Positions 1 to 10,167 of a DNA stretch of 64,000 nucleotides are shown piece by piece (the first letter of the stretch is position 1; the number at the start of each line of letters is the position of its first letter). The translations under genes were made by a program, and so were the position numbers. The stretch is from an uncultured Clostridia bacterium (lineage in GTDB: Bacteria; Bacillota; Clostridia; Christensenellales; Borkfalkiaceae): NCBI GenBank assembly GCA_945949395.1, contig CAMFEK010000006.1:2930-66929 (forward strand), given 5' to 3'. The notes under the pieces were generated by a model. That model saw only the letters and a program-made list of their open reading frames with translations. It searched no databases and was not told the origin of the DNA.

Positions 1-501
1 CTTATTCAGGTCGATTTCATAACCGGAATCCGCCATGCCGAAGCAAACGAGGTCGGCGGAAGCAGCCACCGCGTCCGTATCCGCGCCCACGCAGATCCAC
101 TTGCGGCGATCGATTTTTTCGTACATTTCCTTTGCCACGTCGACGGCGTTGGTGCCTTCGGAAACGCGGACGAACACGAAGGAAACCGCCTGAGAACCGA
201 ATGCGGATTCGTAAACGATGACTTCCTTGACGAGCGTTTCGTCGGTGAGACCGGTAGCGCCTTCGAGATAGAAGTATTCGTTGGTGTTGTCCGTCGCCAT
301 GAGTCTGAGACCGATGTCGGAATTGTTCATGACGTATTCCGCAATTTCGGAAAGATCCTTTTCGATGGTGGTGACGACGTCGGAACCGCCGTTGTTGTTA
401 TCGCCGTTGTTGTCATTGTTCTGACCGCCGCAGGAAGCGAAAGCGGTTACGGTGCATACGAGTGCGAGTGCGGAGAGAAGAAGTTTTTTGATGAGTTTCA
501 T
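1..501 (-). CDS. Lipoprotein, DUF4358-like. N-terminus is inside the window; C-terminus runs off the 5' edge.
   Basis: Reverse-strand translation from the ATG at 499-501 gives MKLIKKLLLSALALVCTVTAFASCGGQ..., a type II signal peptide with a lipobox, in an open frame to position 1. It sits downstream of the ECF sigma/anti-sigma pair, as DUF4358 lipoproteins often do. Confidence 0.6.
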   Translation of the reverse strand, partial: MKLIKKLLLSALALVCTVTAFASCGGQNNDNNGDNNNGGSDVVTTIEKDLSEIAEYVMNNSDIGLRLMATDNTNEYFYLEGATGLTDETLVKEVIVYESAFGSQAVSFVFVRVSEGTNAVDVAKEMYEKIDRRKWICVGADTDAVAASADLVCFGMADSGYEIDLNK

Positions 502-586
502 GTTGTTTTTACCTCACGATATAATAAAATTTTTTTAACGAAGGGAAGGGATTTGATACGCTCTTTTTGAAAAAAGGGCAAAAAAT

Positions 587-1060
587 TTATTTGACGAGTT
601 TCCAACCGCCGTTTTCGGTTTTGGCGAGGCGATAGACGATGTTATCGCCGTTGGTTTTGGTAACGGTCAGAACGGGAGACGTCGCGTCCTCGCTCACGTG
701 CCAGCCGATCTGCGCGGAATCCGACAGGGTGATACTGCTGCCCAAATCGGAGCCGTTGATGTTGATCGAGCCTTCCTGAACGGAGACTGTCACCGCAGTA
801 TGAGTTTTAACGGAAAGCATGACGACGGTTTCCGTGCGGGCGTAGGCAGTCGCCGTGTATTGCGTCATCGCCGAAACGCTCGGCGTGAAGTATGCGTTGA
901 CGCCGAAGGCGCCCGCTCCCAAGATGACGAGTGCGCAAGCCGCTGCCGCCGAGATCGCCGAAAGATGGTTCGGGCGCTTTCTTTGGACTTTCAAACACTT
1001 TTCTTTTAGTTCATGCGACGGTTTTATGTCGCGGTACAATTCTTTTACTTTATTCTTCAT
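587..1060 (-). CDS. Putative anti-sigma factor, single-pass membrane protein.
   Basis: 157-aa ORF overlapping the 3' end of the ECF sigma gene. A hydrophobic helix (AISAAAACALVILGAGAFGV) follows a short cytoplasmic N-terminus. Confidence 0.55.
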   Translation of the reverse strand: MKNKVKELYRDIKPSHELKEKCLKVQRKRPNHLSAISAAAACALVILGAGAFGVNAYFTPSVSAMTQYTATAYARTETVVMLSVKTHTAVTVSVQEGSININGSDLGSSITLSDSAQIGWHVSEDATSPVLTVTKTNGDNIVYRLAKTENGGWKLVK

Positions 1061-1508
1061 AATTCAATATCTCTTTGAGCAATTCTCTTGCTCGCGCCAA
1101 GCGCATTTTGACGGCGGATGGCGTAATATGAAGGATTTCGGCAATTTGTTGAACCGAAAAATCTTCAAAATAGCGGAGCAAAACGACTTCTCTCTTATCG
1201 GAAGGGAGCGCCTGTACTTCGCGCAGGATAGACATATCCTTTTCCTCTGCGGGGAGGGAAACGATATCCTCGAGCGGCGTGTAGCGGCGAATCTTCTTTT
1301 TCCGCAAAATATCGTGGCAACGGTTGAGCGTTACCCGAACGAGCCATGCGCGCTCATGCTCGGCGGAGTTGAAGTCGAAGGGTCGGGATAATATCTTTAC
1401 GAAGACGTCCTGCAGTACGTCCTCGGCGTCTTCCCGACTTTGCAACATAGAGTACGACAGTCGAAACAACATTTCGGAATATTGATCGTATATTCTTTCG
1501 AGATTCAT
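1050..1508 (-). CDS. RNA polymerase sigma-70 factor, ECF subfamily.
   Basis: Region 2 and region 4 motifs are present (DVLQDVFVKI..., ...VLLLRYFEDFSVQQIAEILHITPSAVKMRLARAR). The start is placed at the ATG 1506-1508 (MNLERIY), which has a GGAGG 7 nt upstream; the longer start in the ORF track would cover that RBS. Confidence 0.8.
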   Translation of the reverse strand: MNLERIYDQYSEMLFRLSYSMLQSREDAEDVLQDVFVKILSRPFDFNSAEHERAWLVRVTLNRCHDILRKKKIRRYTPLEDIVSLPAEEKDMSILREVQALPSDKREVVLLRYFEDFSVQQIAEILHITPSAVKMRLARARELLKEILNYEE

Positions 1509-1574
1509 TTTTGTCGACCTCCATATAAAAAACGCGTCAAAGAAGTATTTGGTCACAAAGAAAATAAAAATTTT

Positions 1575-1610
1575 TGAAAAAAATTCAGGCGAACCCGAAA
1601 GATCGCCTTT
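1575..1610 (-). terminator. Rho-independent terminator after the GH43 gene.
   Basis: On the minus strand a hairpin (ggcga...tcgcc) is followed by a run of T (tgaattttttt). Confidence 0.4.
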
Positions 1611-1617
1611 TTATCCG

Positions 1618-3126
1618 TTATTGAAATTTCGGATTGCTGTTGAGATACAGCGCCATGCCGCAATGCACGCCCATCGCCGTCACCGTGATGCCCGAAAGCT
1701 TTTGCGTGTCGTGCCAGGAAGGCATCGCCTTGCCGCGATACTCTTCCCCGTCCGTGATGATGGAAAAATCTCCGTTTTCCATGATCTTCCACACGCCCGT
1801 GTACGCGCCCGTGATCGTGCCGTCCTCGTTTAAGGAAACGCGTTGCGCCGATACGGGTTGCGCACCCTGCGTAAAGACGACCATCTCGTACTTGCCGTCC
1901 GAAACGGAGAGCAGTTCCTCGCGCGAGACGGGCAAAAGCTCCTCGCCCGCGTAGCGGTTGGGGTTCACCACGATCCAGCCGTCGCTGTTGAAGGCGAACT
2001 GGTTGACGTACAGATAATGGAAATTGCTCGAGCGGGAATATCCCTTATTGATGAAGTAATTCGTGCGGCAATGATAGGCGATCATATTTTTGCCGTCGGC
2101 AGAGACGAACATCTCCGCATGACCGGGACAGTAGTAGTCGAGATCGGTATTCGCCCACTTGAAGGAACCCATCACCTTGCTGCCCGTGCCGATATCGGTG
2201 GAGCAGACGAGGGGATTGTCGTTCATGTCGAGATAGGGGCCCGTCGGCTTTTCGCTCCTCGCCACGCGAATGGAATAGGTAGAGGAAACGGAACCGAAAG
2301 AGCACATGAGGTAATAGTAGTTCTTTTTGACCCATTCGCCGTTTTCGAGCACGTCGATATCCTTGAAGTACCGAATGCAGGCGCCCTCCACGGAACCCGA
2401 GGCGAGCTGCGTGCCGAAGTATTTCGCCGTGCTGACCTTTTTATTCTTGAATTTTTCGTAGGGAATTTCTATCTTGCGGAGTCCCGTTTCGGGGTCCAAC
2501 TCCAAGAGGTAAATGCCGAGCCCGTAGGAGCCGTACACGAGATACAGCTTGCCGTCCTCCGCGTCGAATACGTACGGCTGAAGGGCGTTGGGGCTGACCC
2601 AACCGCCCACGCTCTGCACCAAGGTTCCCGCATAGGTATAGCCGCCGTCCACGCGATCGGATTTTGCGAGACCGATCACCGACTTGGAACCGCCGAAATA
2701 CCCCGTGAGGCAGAAGTATAGCCAGAATTTGCCGTCCGATCCCTTTCGGATGCAGGGGGACCAGAGCGCCATGCTCCCGTCCTTGCGGGTACAGACGCCG
2801 TAGCCGACTTCCTTCGTGTCCGTCACGCACCAGTCGTAGCAGGATTGCAGTCCGCCGAAATTTTTCGTCGCTGTGCCGTTCTTGTAAGCGGCTTGGCTGT
2901 TTTCGAGATCGAAGGCGGAACCGATATATTCCCAGTGCATCAAATCCGTGGATTTTCTGATCTGCAACCCGGCGGGCGCGCCGAACGTGTCGGTGGAGAA
3001 GGCGTAGTACGCGCCGTCCTCATAGATCAGCGAGGGATCCTGCGTGCAGCCTTCCTGCCAGTCGAAGGGGTCCTGCGTGCGCATTTTCAAGGAATTGAAT
3101 TGTGGATTTTTAGGATATTTTACCAT
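1618..3126 (-). CDS. Glycoside hydrolase family 43 (arabinanase/xylosidase-like).
   Basis: 502-aa ORF with a GH43 five-bladed beta-propeller signature. The N-terminal region contains the catalytic-Asp context (DPSLIYEDGAYYAFSTD); WSPCIRKGSDGKFWLYF is also present. Confidence 0.75.
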   Translation of the reverse strand: MVKYPKNPQFNSLKMRTQDPFDWQEGCTQDPSLIYEDGAYYAFSTDTFGAPAGLQIRKSTDLMHWEYIGSAFDLENSQAAYKNGTATKNFGGLQSCYDWCVTDTKEVGYGVCTRKDGSMALWSPCIRKGSDGKFWLYFCLTGYFGGSKSVIGLAKSDRVDGGYTYAGTLVQSVGGWVSPNALQPYVFDAEDGKLYLVYGSYGLGIYLLELDPETGLRKIEIPYEKFKNKKVSTAKYFGTQLASGSVEGACIRYFKDIDVLENGEWVKKNYYYLMCSFGSVSSTYSIRVARSEKPTGPYLDMNDNPLVCSTDIGTGSKVMGSFKWANTDLDYYCPGHAEMFVSADGKNMIAYHCRTNYFINKGYSRSSNFHYLYVNQFAFNSDGWIVVNPNRYAGEELLPVSREELLSVSDGKYEMVVFTQGAQPVSAQRVSLNEDGTITGAYTGVWKIMENGDFSIITDGEEYRGKAMPSWHDTQKLSGITVTAMGVHCGMALYLNSNPKFQ

Positions 3127-3139
3127 ATATCTCCTTTTC

Positions 3140-5122
3140 TCAGAACGTCATCTCCATAAAGAGCGTCTTTTTATTGTCACCGTCGTTGCCGATCGCCGAA
3201 ATGACGAGTCCCCCCTTGCCGACGTAGCCCTTTTTGCCGCTGTCGCTCTTGACGCAGTAGCCGGGCATGACGACGCCGTAGTATTCGATGCCGTCGAGGG
3301 TAATATAAATATAGTTTTCGCCGTAGAGCGTCCAGGTTCCTTCCGCCGCGCCCGTGATGGAGCCGTCCGCGCTCAGGGAATACTTTTCGGCATACTGAAT
3401 GACGCCGAAGGTCTTGGAGCTGTTCACGATACCGAGATAGTTGCCGTTTGAATATTTGACAATCTCGTCCGCCGTCACCTTGCGCAGGGATTCGCCCGTA
3501 TATCTCACGGGGCTCATGACCATATCGCCCTTCGAGTTGAACGCGATGAGGGAAGTGGTGAGGTAATGCTGATCGGTGCCGAAGGACTTATCCTTTCCGA
3601 CCACGCGGTTATGATAGACGATGAAGTGCTCGTTGGCGGAGTTCGTCAACAGGTCGTTGTGCCCGGGAACGAAGTAGTTGAGGGGGTACGCTCTCGTCGC
3701 CTCACTCTCCGCCCAGGAATAGGTGGCGGAAATGACGGAGCCCTTGGTGCCGCCGTAGCAATCGAGATAGGTGCCGACGGGCGTCGCGCTCTTGTAAACG
3801 CGCATACTGTAATCGGCGGAGAGACTGTTTGCCGAGCCGACCATATAATAATTGCTCTCGTAAGTGAGCTTGCTCTCGTCGTAATCCTTTACGTCTCCCT
3901 TGTAGACGGGAACGTTCTCAAAGTACTCGATGACGGAGCCTTCGATGCTCTCGTTCTTCAACACCATTTCGCCGAAGTACTTTTCGTTATCGTCGAGATC
4001 GTCGAAGTCCTCGCTCCAGTCGCACTTGTACGTCTTATAATATAAGGAATAGAAGTTTTGCGCCTTCGTCATCTCTTCCGCGCTGAATTTTGCCTTATCC
4101 TTGCGGAAACCGGTGTTCTTATCGAGCGGAATGACGCGGAAGTCGGAGAAGGAGCCGTAGCTCATGTACATTTCGCCGTCCGTATCGTAGAAGATGGAAG
4201 GGTCGATGGCGTTGGACTGCTTGCCGTTGTTCGACGAGCTGGGGGAATACACGACGATATCCTTAAACTCGAAGGGTCCGACGGGCGATTTGGAGTAGCA
4301 TTGGAAGATGACGGAGCGGCGGGAGCCGAACGCCGTCGTCCAGCTGCCGTACAGCCAGTAGCCGCCGTCGGGCGCGCGGACGACTTCGGGCGCCCAGAGC
4401 GTCCAGACGCCCTTGCCCCAGTCGGAGTCCGCGGAGAGGACGTCGTATACTTTTTGCAATTCGTTGGTGCCCTTTTCGCAGCTTTCCTTGACTTCCTTCG
4501 CCTTCGTGCCGAAATCGGGAATCGCGGAGCCGAGGCGTTTCCATTCTACGAGATCGGTCGATCCCTTGACGGGCACGCCGTAGCCGCCCCCTTCGTTGTC
4601 GGTGGAATAAGAGAAGTAATAATAGGTCTCCCCGTTCACCTCGTAGCCTTCGGGAACCTCTATCACGACGGGGTCGTGGGAATAGCAGGCGGCGTTGCCG
4701 GAAGAGATGGTCTTAAAGCCGTCCTCGGGGTACGCGCTCTTGACGGAGACGGGAACGGTGTCGACCACCTTATCCTTTTCCGTGAAGTTGACGACGGAAG
4801 AGCCGACGACCTTTGCCGAATCCATTTTATAGGTAGCCGTCACCTTGCCGTCGGAGGTGGAGGAACTGACTTCGGTGAGTGTGCCGAGCGATTCGTCCGC
4901 CAACGCCGCGGTCAGGTTATATTTGGCATCATATTCCACGGTGAAGGTGGAAGAGGTGATGGAGCTGTCGGTGTAATCGTTTGCAATAAAGCAAATGGGA
5001 GCGGTAGTTTTCAATTTGACGACGTCCTCTTTCGCGTTGCCCCCGCCGCAGGCGGTGAGAAGGGAAAGTGCGGAAACTACCATGACGGCGCTGAGCGCCA
5101 TGCTTACGATTTTTTTGTTCAT
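3140..5122 (-). CDS. GH43-family glycoside hydrolase lipoprotein with an N-terminal extension.
   Basis: 660-aa ORF with a lipoprotein signal (LSLLTACGGG). The C-terminal half carries GH43-like motifs (WGKGVWTLWAPEV, GGYWLYGSW). It lies 13 bp from the next GH43 gene, consistent with one operon. Confidence 0.65.
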   Translation of the reverse strand: MNKKIVSMALSAVMVVSALSLLTACGGGNAKEDVVKLKTTAPICFIANDYTDSSITSSTFTVEYDAKYNLTAALADESLGTLTEVSSSTSDGKVTATYKMDSAKVVGSSVVNFTEKDKVVDTVPVSVKSAYPEDGFKTISSGNAACYSHDPVVIEVPEGYEVNGETYYYFSYSTDNEGGGYGVPVKGSTDLVEWKRLGSAIPDFGTKAKEVKESCEKGTNELQKVYDVLSADSDWGKGVWTLWAPEVVRAPDGGYWLYGSWTTAFGSRRSVIFQCYSKSPVGPFEFKDIVVYSPSSSNNGKQSNAIDPSIFYDTDGEMYMSYGSFSDFRVIPLDKNTGFRKDKAKFSAEEMTKAQNFYSLYYKTYKCDWSEDFDDLDDNEKYFGEMVLKNESIEGSVIEYFENVPVYKGDVKDYDESKLTYESNYYMVGSANSLSADYSMRVYKSATPVGTYLDCYGGTKGSVISATYSWAESEATRAYPLNYFVPGHNDLLTNSANEHFIVYHNRVVGKDKSFGTDQHYLTTSLIAFNSKGDMVMSPVRYTGESLRKVTADEIVKYSNGNYLGIVNSSKTFGVIQYAEKYSLSADGSITGAAEGTWTLYGENYIYITLDGIEYYGVVMPGYCVKSDSGKKGYVGKGGLVISAIGNDGDNKKTLFMEMTF

Positions 5123-5224
5123 AATTCTCCTTTTCTGCCGAAAATTAAAATTTTTGCGGGACGATATAGCTATGATAACGTCCCGCAGTGTTTCTTTTAT
5201 GATTCTTTTTCAATCAAATTGTGA

Positions 5225-6208
5225 TTATTCCTTGGAACCTGTGAGCATCAAAGACCCGATGATCTGCTTCTGGAAAACGCCGAAGAGAATGAGCACGGGC
5301 AAAATGGACATTACGGATCCCGCGAACAGAGCGCCGTACTTCTGTAAGTCACCACCGATATTATCGGAAATAGCGGAAACGAGAACGGGCAAGTTCCAAG
5401 CCATCTTGAAGGAGCCGAGCATGATCCAGCAACCCATGTAGTTGTTCCAGCAACCCATGAAGGAGAGGAGACCCTGCGCCATGATGGCGGGCATTGCCAA
5501 GGGAACGATAAAGCCCCAGAAGATTCTCCAGTATCCTGCGCCGTCGATTTTAGCCGCTTCGATGATGGAAGTGGGCATACCGTAGAGGAACTGACGGATA
5601 AAGAACGCCGTCATGATGGAGCCGAACAAGCCGGGGATAACCATTACCATCCAACCCGTATCGTTGGAGAGCCAACCGAAGGAGCTGTACATACAGTACT
5701 GGATAACCATGATGGAGGGACCGGGGATCATGATCGCCGCAAGCAGGACCATGAACACGACGTCTCTGCCCACCCATTCGATTTTCGCAAAGGCGAACGC
5801 CGCGGATGCGGAGGTTAAAACGCCTACGACGACGGGAACGATGGAATAGATGAGGGTGTTTGCGATAATTCTCCAAATGGTCGCGCCGCCCGTGATCTTT
5901 ACGCAAAGACCGATCTCACCATCCATGAGGATCTTATAGGTATAGAACAGGTCGTTGTTACATACGGCAAGATTCGATGCGATGGTATCGGTGGGCCACC
6001 AGACGAGTCCGCTCTGAATATGGAGCATGGAGCCGTCGAAGGATGCCGCGATCATCCACCAGAAAGGATAGAGCATGATGAAGGAGCCGAGGATAAGAAT
6101 TACGTAGGTGATGATATCCGCGATCAGCTTGGAACGCTTTTTGCTGGCTGCCTTCTTTTCTTTCACCTTGGGAGCTACGGGGGTCTGCGTCAAAATTTCT
6201 TCTGCCAT
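5225..6208 (-). CDS. Carbohydrate ABC transporter permease (LplC/MalG-like).
   Basis: 327-aa ORF with six predicted TM helices and an EAA-like permease loop (IIEAAKIDGAGYWRIFW). Confidence 0.85.
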   Translation of the reverse strand: MAEEILTQTPVAPKVKEKKAASKKRSKLIADIITYVILILGSFIMLYPFWWMIAASFDGSMLHIQSGLVWWPTDTIASNLAVCNNDLFYTYKILMDGEIGLCVKITGGATIWRIIANTLIYSIVPVVVGVLTSASAAFAFAKIEWVGRDVVFMVLLAAIMIPGPSIMVIQYCMYSSFGWLSNDTGWMVMVIPGLFGSIMTAFFIRQFLYGMPTSIIEAAKIDGAGYWRIFWGFIVPLAMPAIMAQGLLSFMGCWNNYMGCWIMLGSFKMAWNLPVLVSAISDNIGGDLQKYGALFAGSVMSILPVLILFGVFQKQIIGSLMLTGSKE

Positions 6209-6219
6209 ACTTTACCTCC

Positions 6220-7314
6220 TTAGTCTTCCTTCTGCAACTTGAACTGAATCAAGGTGAGAATGAGAATGATGACGAACAGGAACATACCGAGGGCGCAGCC
6301 GTAGGAGTAGTTCTTGTTAGACGTGTTAAAGAATCCGTAATAGGTGATCTTCGCAACGTAACCGTCGACGAATTCGTTGACGCCGGTCGAACCGAATAGG
6401 AGCTGCGGCTCCGCATAGATTTGCATACCGCCGATAACGGAAGTGACGATCGTATAGAAGATGGTGGGCGCGAGGTCGGGCATGGTGACCTTCCAGAAGA
6501 TCATCCAGGAATTCGCCCCGTCGATGGACGCCGCCTCTTTGGTCGCCGCGTTGACGCCGGAGAGACCTGCGCAGAAGAGGATGACCGTACCGCCGAGCCC
6601 CTTCCATACCGACATGATGATGACGACCACTTTCATGAGGAGACCGCCGCACCAGTAGGGATCACCGTTTTCGCCGAATTTCATTGCGTAGCCGTCCGTC
6701 CATTGAATGGTCTGTCCGAGCAGGTTGTTGATAACGCCCGTCGATTTGAAGAGGTTCTGGAAGGTAAAGGTTACGGCAACGGTGGAGGTGATACAAGGGA
6801 TATAATAGATCACGCGGAAGAGACCGCTGCCCTTGATATCGCGGGACATCAAAACGGCGAGAACCATGGAGAGGATCATACCCACGGGAATACCGATCAT
6901 ATAGAACACGGTATTGAAGAGAAGTCTCCACATGTTGTCGTTATCCGCCGTGACGGCAGTACCCGATCCCGTTACGACGTCGCTCGTAATAAACAAACGG
7001 ATATAGTTATAGAAGGGGGAAATTTCGCCGAGCTCGTTTTTCTTGAGCGAGAGTCTGCCGAAATACTCCCAAAGGGTTGCACCCGAATTAGAGGTATAGT
7101 TACAGAACGAAAGGATAAAGCTGATTAAAAAGGCAACGAACACGAACACCAAGGTACCGATGATGAGGGGAGCGCAGAACGCCCAGCCCCAAATGTTATC
7201 TTGAAGTTTCTGTTGGTTGATCGGCTTTTTTTCCTTTTTCTTGGCTGCGGCAACGCCCGTGCTGTCGGCGGTCACTTCAACAGCCTTGTTTTCGGAAAAT
7301 AAATCTTCCATCAT
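6220..7314 (-). CDS. Carbohydrate ABC transporter permease (LplB/MalF-like).
   Basis: 364-aa ORF, multi-TM, with a permease signature (EAASIDGANSWMIFWKVTMP). Confidence 0.85.
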   Translation of the reverse strand: MMEDLFSENKAVEVTADSTGVAAAKKKEKKPINQQKLQDNIWGWAFCAPLIIGTLVFVFVAFLISFILSFCNYTSNSGATLWEYFGRLSLKKNELGEISPFYNYIRLFITSDVVTGSGTAVTADNDNMWRLLFNTVFYMIGIPVGMILSMVLAVLMSRDIKGSGLFRVIYYIPCITSTVAVTFTFQNLFKSTGVINNLLGQTIQWTDGYAMKFGENGDPYWCGGLLMKVVVIIMSVWKGLGGTVILFCAGLSGVNAATKEAASIDGANSWMIFWKVTMPDLAPTIFYTIVTSVIGGMQIYAEPQLLFGSTGVNEFVDGYVAKITYYGFFNTSNKNYSYGCALGMFLFVIILILTLIQFKLQKED

Positions 7315-7413
7315 TTTCTCCTTTATCCGATCCTTTCGGACCGATTGTTTCCTAAAAATGTTTCCGTCCCGCTCTGCTTGAAAAAGCAGAGCGAAACCTT
7401 TTGGTGCTTTTCG

Positions 7414-9651
7414 TTAACCGTTGAGAGCTTCTCTTTCTTCGGTGATGGAACGATCGAGCTGCTTCTGTACGTCGTTTGCCCAGTACTTGCAGTATGCGGC
7501 GGGCGTCATGTAGTTGGTGTCGACGATGGTGCCTGCTGCAACGGCTGCGGCATCCTGGAATCCCTTATAGGTTTTGGCAACCTTCTGCGTCCATGCGATG
7601 AGGTTGACTGCCTTATGAGAGGAGAAACTATCGATCCATGCGGAGTTAAATGTATAGGTACAAGAGTCGGTCACGCCGTTGTCGCCGCTTACCATTCTGT
7701 TCATCAAGTTTCTGGAATCTCTGTCGAGGGAGAGAATGTTGAGAACGAGGAAGGCACGAATAGGAGTAGAGATCTTCTTCAAGGTGTAGCGACCGTATCT
7801 TTCATTATACTTCATATCGGGATGGTTTGCCGCCATGTAATCCTTCAACGTCGTCTTATCCGTCTTGGAAACGAGTTCGTTTGCCAAAGCGTAGTACTTC
7901 ATGAAGTCGGGATTTTCAGGGAAGATCGCGTCTGCGAACGTGTTCGTTCCGTATACGTAATCCTTAACCATGGATTCGAAGTTGGGAAGCTGAGAGCCGG
8001 AATACGTCAAGCGCGCCTGACCTTCCTTGTTCAAGGTGATGTTGGCTGCGAGGGACGCGCACGCGCCTGCGAACCAATCCTCTTCCTTCTTGACGGACTT
8101 CGCGTTCACGCCGTAGCCGACGGAGTCGATTCTTCCCGCCCATTCATCCTGTCTCTCTTCCATTGCGGCGATGATTTCTTCTCGGCTGTATTCCTTTTTG
8201 GTGCCGTATTCTTTTACCTGATAGTCGGCGCCCTTGATCTTGGAATAGAGAGCGTTGGATTCCGCGACGGGTTCGGGCATTACGGCGTACGTGAGAACGG
8301 AGAGATCCACGCCGTCGAAGCCGGCAGCGTCCCAGGTACCTACACCGTAGAAGAGAACGTTACCGCTCTTGAACTGGGTATAACCGGAGGCTTCGTTGCC
8401 GTCGCCTGCAAAGTATGCGTTGCCGTTCCAGTCGGAACCGTAAGCGCAGAACGCGCCGTACGTTTCGATGAACTTATCGGAGTTTACGCCGTAAGTAACC
8501 GTTCTGCCCTGGTTGCTGACGTAGGTATCGTTCTTATCGTTCAAAACGGAGGTATAGGCAGATACGCCGGCAGCAGAATCGGTTCCATTAATATAATCTG
8601 CATCGTTGCCTGCGAGCCAAGGGAGGAGGTAAAGGGTACCTTCGTACTGGTCGTTGCCGTATACGGTTGCATGAGAAGGTTCATACTTGTTCCAGTAATA
8701 GGTGAGAGCCCAAGTAATGGCGCTGTATTCCGCGTAGGTATATACGACGTAGCCGATGGAATCGTCGTAGTTCTTGGACGTATCGGGATTGCTGCGCTTG
8801 TAGGTTTCGCCGGGGAATCCGGGAATGGTTACGGTGTAGCCGCCGACGGATTTGGACGCCTCCGCCACGGGATCGCCCGCAGCCAAAGCCTTTTCGTAGC
8901 TGTCGTATACGTAGAAGTTATAAGGGAAGTAGGTGGTGGGAACGCCGATGTTGACGACGCCCGCCGCGTCTTCGCCCGTGAGCTCGTTCACGATGACGCC
9001 GGATTCGTCCTTCGCGCCGGTAGAGGTATATTTCGCCTTGTATTCGTCGGTGAAGAACACCTTGTTGTAGCCGAGACCGAAGGTGGAATAATCCTTGGGG
9101 AAGGCGTACATATTCGTCTCGTTGCCCTTCGCATTGTAGAACTTGCCGTCTCTATACGATACGGGGGAACCTACGGTCGTGCCGTCGTAGCCGTACAGAC
9201 CGAGAGCCTGCGGGTAGACGTCGGAAAGATAGCTCTCCATACCTTCTTCCTTAAAATCTACCAAACCGGAAAGCTCCAAAATCGTGCCGTTTCTGGACCA
9301 TGCCTTTACGTATTTGGGAGATACGTAGAATACGTCGGTGGCGGAACCTGCCGCGATGGCGTTGGTGAGCGTCTGGAAGTACTTCGTCGTATCCGATTCA
9401 AACGTACAGTTGGTAACGACCTGGAAGTCGGCGCCGAACTTGTTGGGATCCTGCTTTTTGAGTCTTTCGGTGTACTCGGCAGCCCAGTCGGCAATCATAT
9501 CCGAGTTGGTTTCCTGGTCTTCGGTGCCTGCGAACACGTAAACGTCGATGACGCCGTCGCCTTTACCGCAGCTTGCCAGTGATGCAACAGATGTTCCGAG
9601 CATCAACGCAGACAAAGCGATGAGCGATGCTCTTTTGAATACCTTTTTCAT
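7414..9651 (-). CDS. Extracellular solute-binding lipoprotein of a sugar ABC transporter (large LplA-like).
   Basis: 745-aa ORF with a lipoprotein signal (ALMLGTSVASLASCG). It is the first gene of the SBP-permease-permease-GH43-GH43 operon. The 745-aa plus-strand ORF opposite it is a high-GC antisense artifact. Confidence 0.8.
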   Translation of the reverse strand: MKKVFKRASLIALSALMLGTSVASLASCGKGDGVIDVYVFAGTEDQETNSDMIADWAAEYTERLKKQDPNKFGADFQVVTNCTFESDTTKYFQTLTNAIAAGSATDVFYVSPKYVKAWSRNGTILELSGLVDFKEEGMESYLSDVYPQALGLYGYDGTTVGSPVSYRDGKFYNAKGNETNMYAFPKDYSTFGLGYNKVFFTDEYKAKYTSTGAKDESGVIVNELTGEDAAGVVNIGVPTTYFPYNFYVYDSYEKALAAGDPVAEASKSVGGYTVTIPGFPGETYKRSNPDTSKNYDDSIGYVVYTYAEYSAITWALTYYWNKYEPSHATVYGNDQYEGTLYLLPWLAGNDADYINGTDSAAGVSAYTSVLNDKNDTYVSNQGRTVTYGVNSDKFIETYGAFCAYGSDWNGNAYFAGDGNEASGYTQFKSGNVLFYGVGTWDAAGFDGVDLSVLTYAVMPEPVAESNALYSKIKGADYQVKEYGTKKEYSREEIIAAMEERQDEWAGRIDSVGYGVNAKSVKKEEDWFAGACASLAANITLNKEGQARLTYSGSQLPNFESMVKDYVYGTNTFADAIFPENPDFMKYYALANELVSKTDKTTLKDYMAANHPDMKYNERYGRYTLKKISTPIRAFLVLNILSLDRDSRNLMNRMVSGDNGVTDSCTYTFNSAWIDSFSSHKAVNLIAWTQKVAKTYKGFQDAAAVAAGTIVDTNYMTPAAYCKYWANDVQKQLDRSITEEREALNG

Positions 9652-10167
9652 TAACTTTACCTCTTATAAATTTTTTATTTTCTTATCGCAACCTTTCCTT
9701 TTCCGTTTTGGGGAAAGGGAAAAACAAAGGTTCTTCAAAGAAGAAAACACGGCGGGAAGGCAGTTCTCGGATTCTTGAAAAAAAGAAAGCACCCGAACGA
9801 CTCTTCTTTTTTCCCTGACCGTGAGGGAAAAAGAAGGTCCTACGAGCGCGTACGATCCTTTTTTCAGAAACGATGTCTTTCCCCCTACCATCTTTTCTAT
9901 TACTATCACAATAATATCACAAATGATTTCTTTTGTCAATGGGGTTTTTAAGATTTCTTTGTGAAAAAATAATCTTTTTTTCTGTTATTTTCGGACAATA
10001 CAAACTATTTATGCGAATATATAACAGGATTTCCATATCTTGTATGAAGTTTTTGATACGATACAAAATAAAATAACAGTCAAAATAAACGGGAATGTAA
10101 CAAAAAGGGATAAAAGACGGCAGGAAGGAAAATATTATAATGGAACAAAAAGGCTGAGAGGTTTTTC

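Noticed and set aside
4058-5224. 388-aa plus-strand ORF; also the others at 1843-2721 and 3044-3451.
   Set aside because: They are antisense to the GH43 genes, with no start context and low-complexity composition.
7345-9582. 745-aa ORF on the plus strand.
   Set aside because: It is exactly antisense to the solute-binding lipoprotein gene, which has a clear signal peptide and operon context. In a ~58% GC genome long antisense ORFs are expected. The translated protein has no motifs and no RBS.
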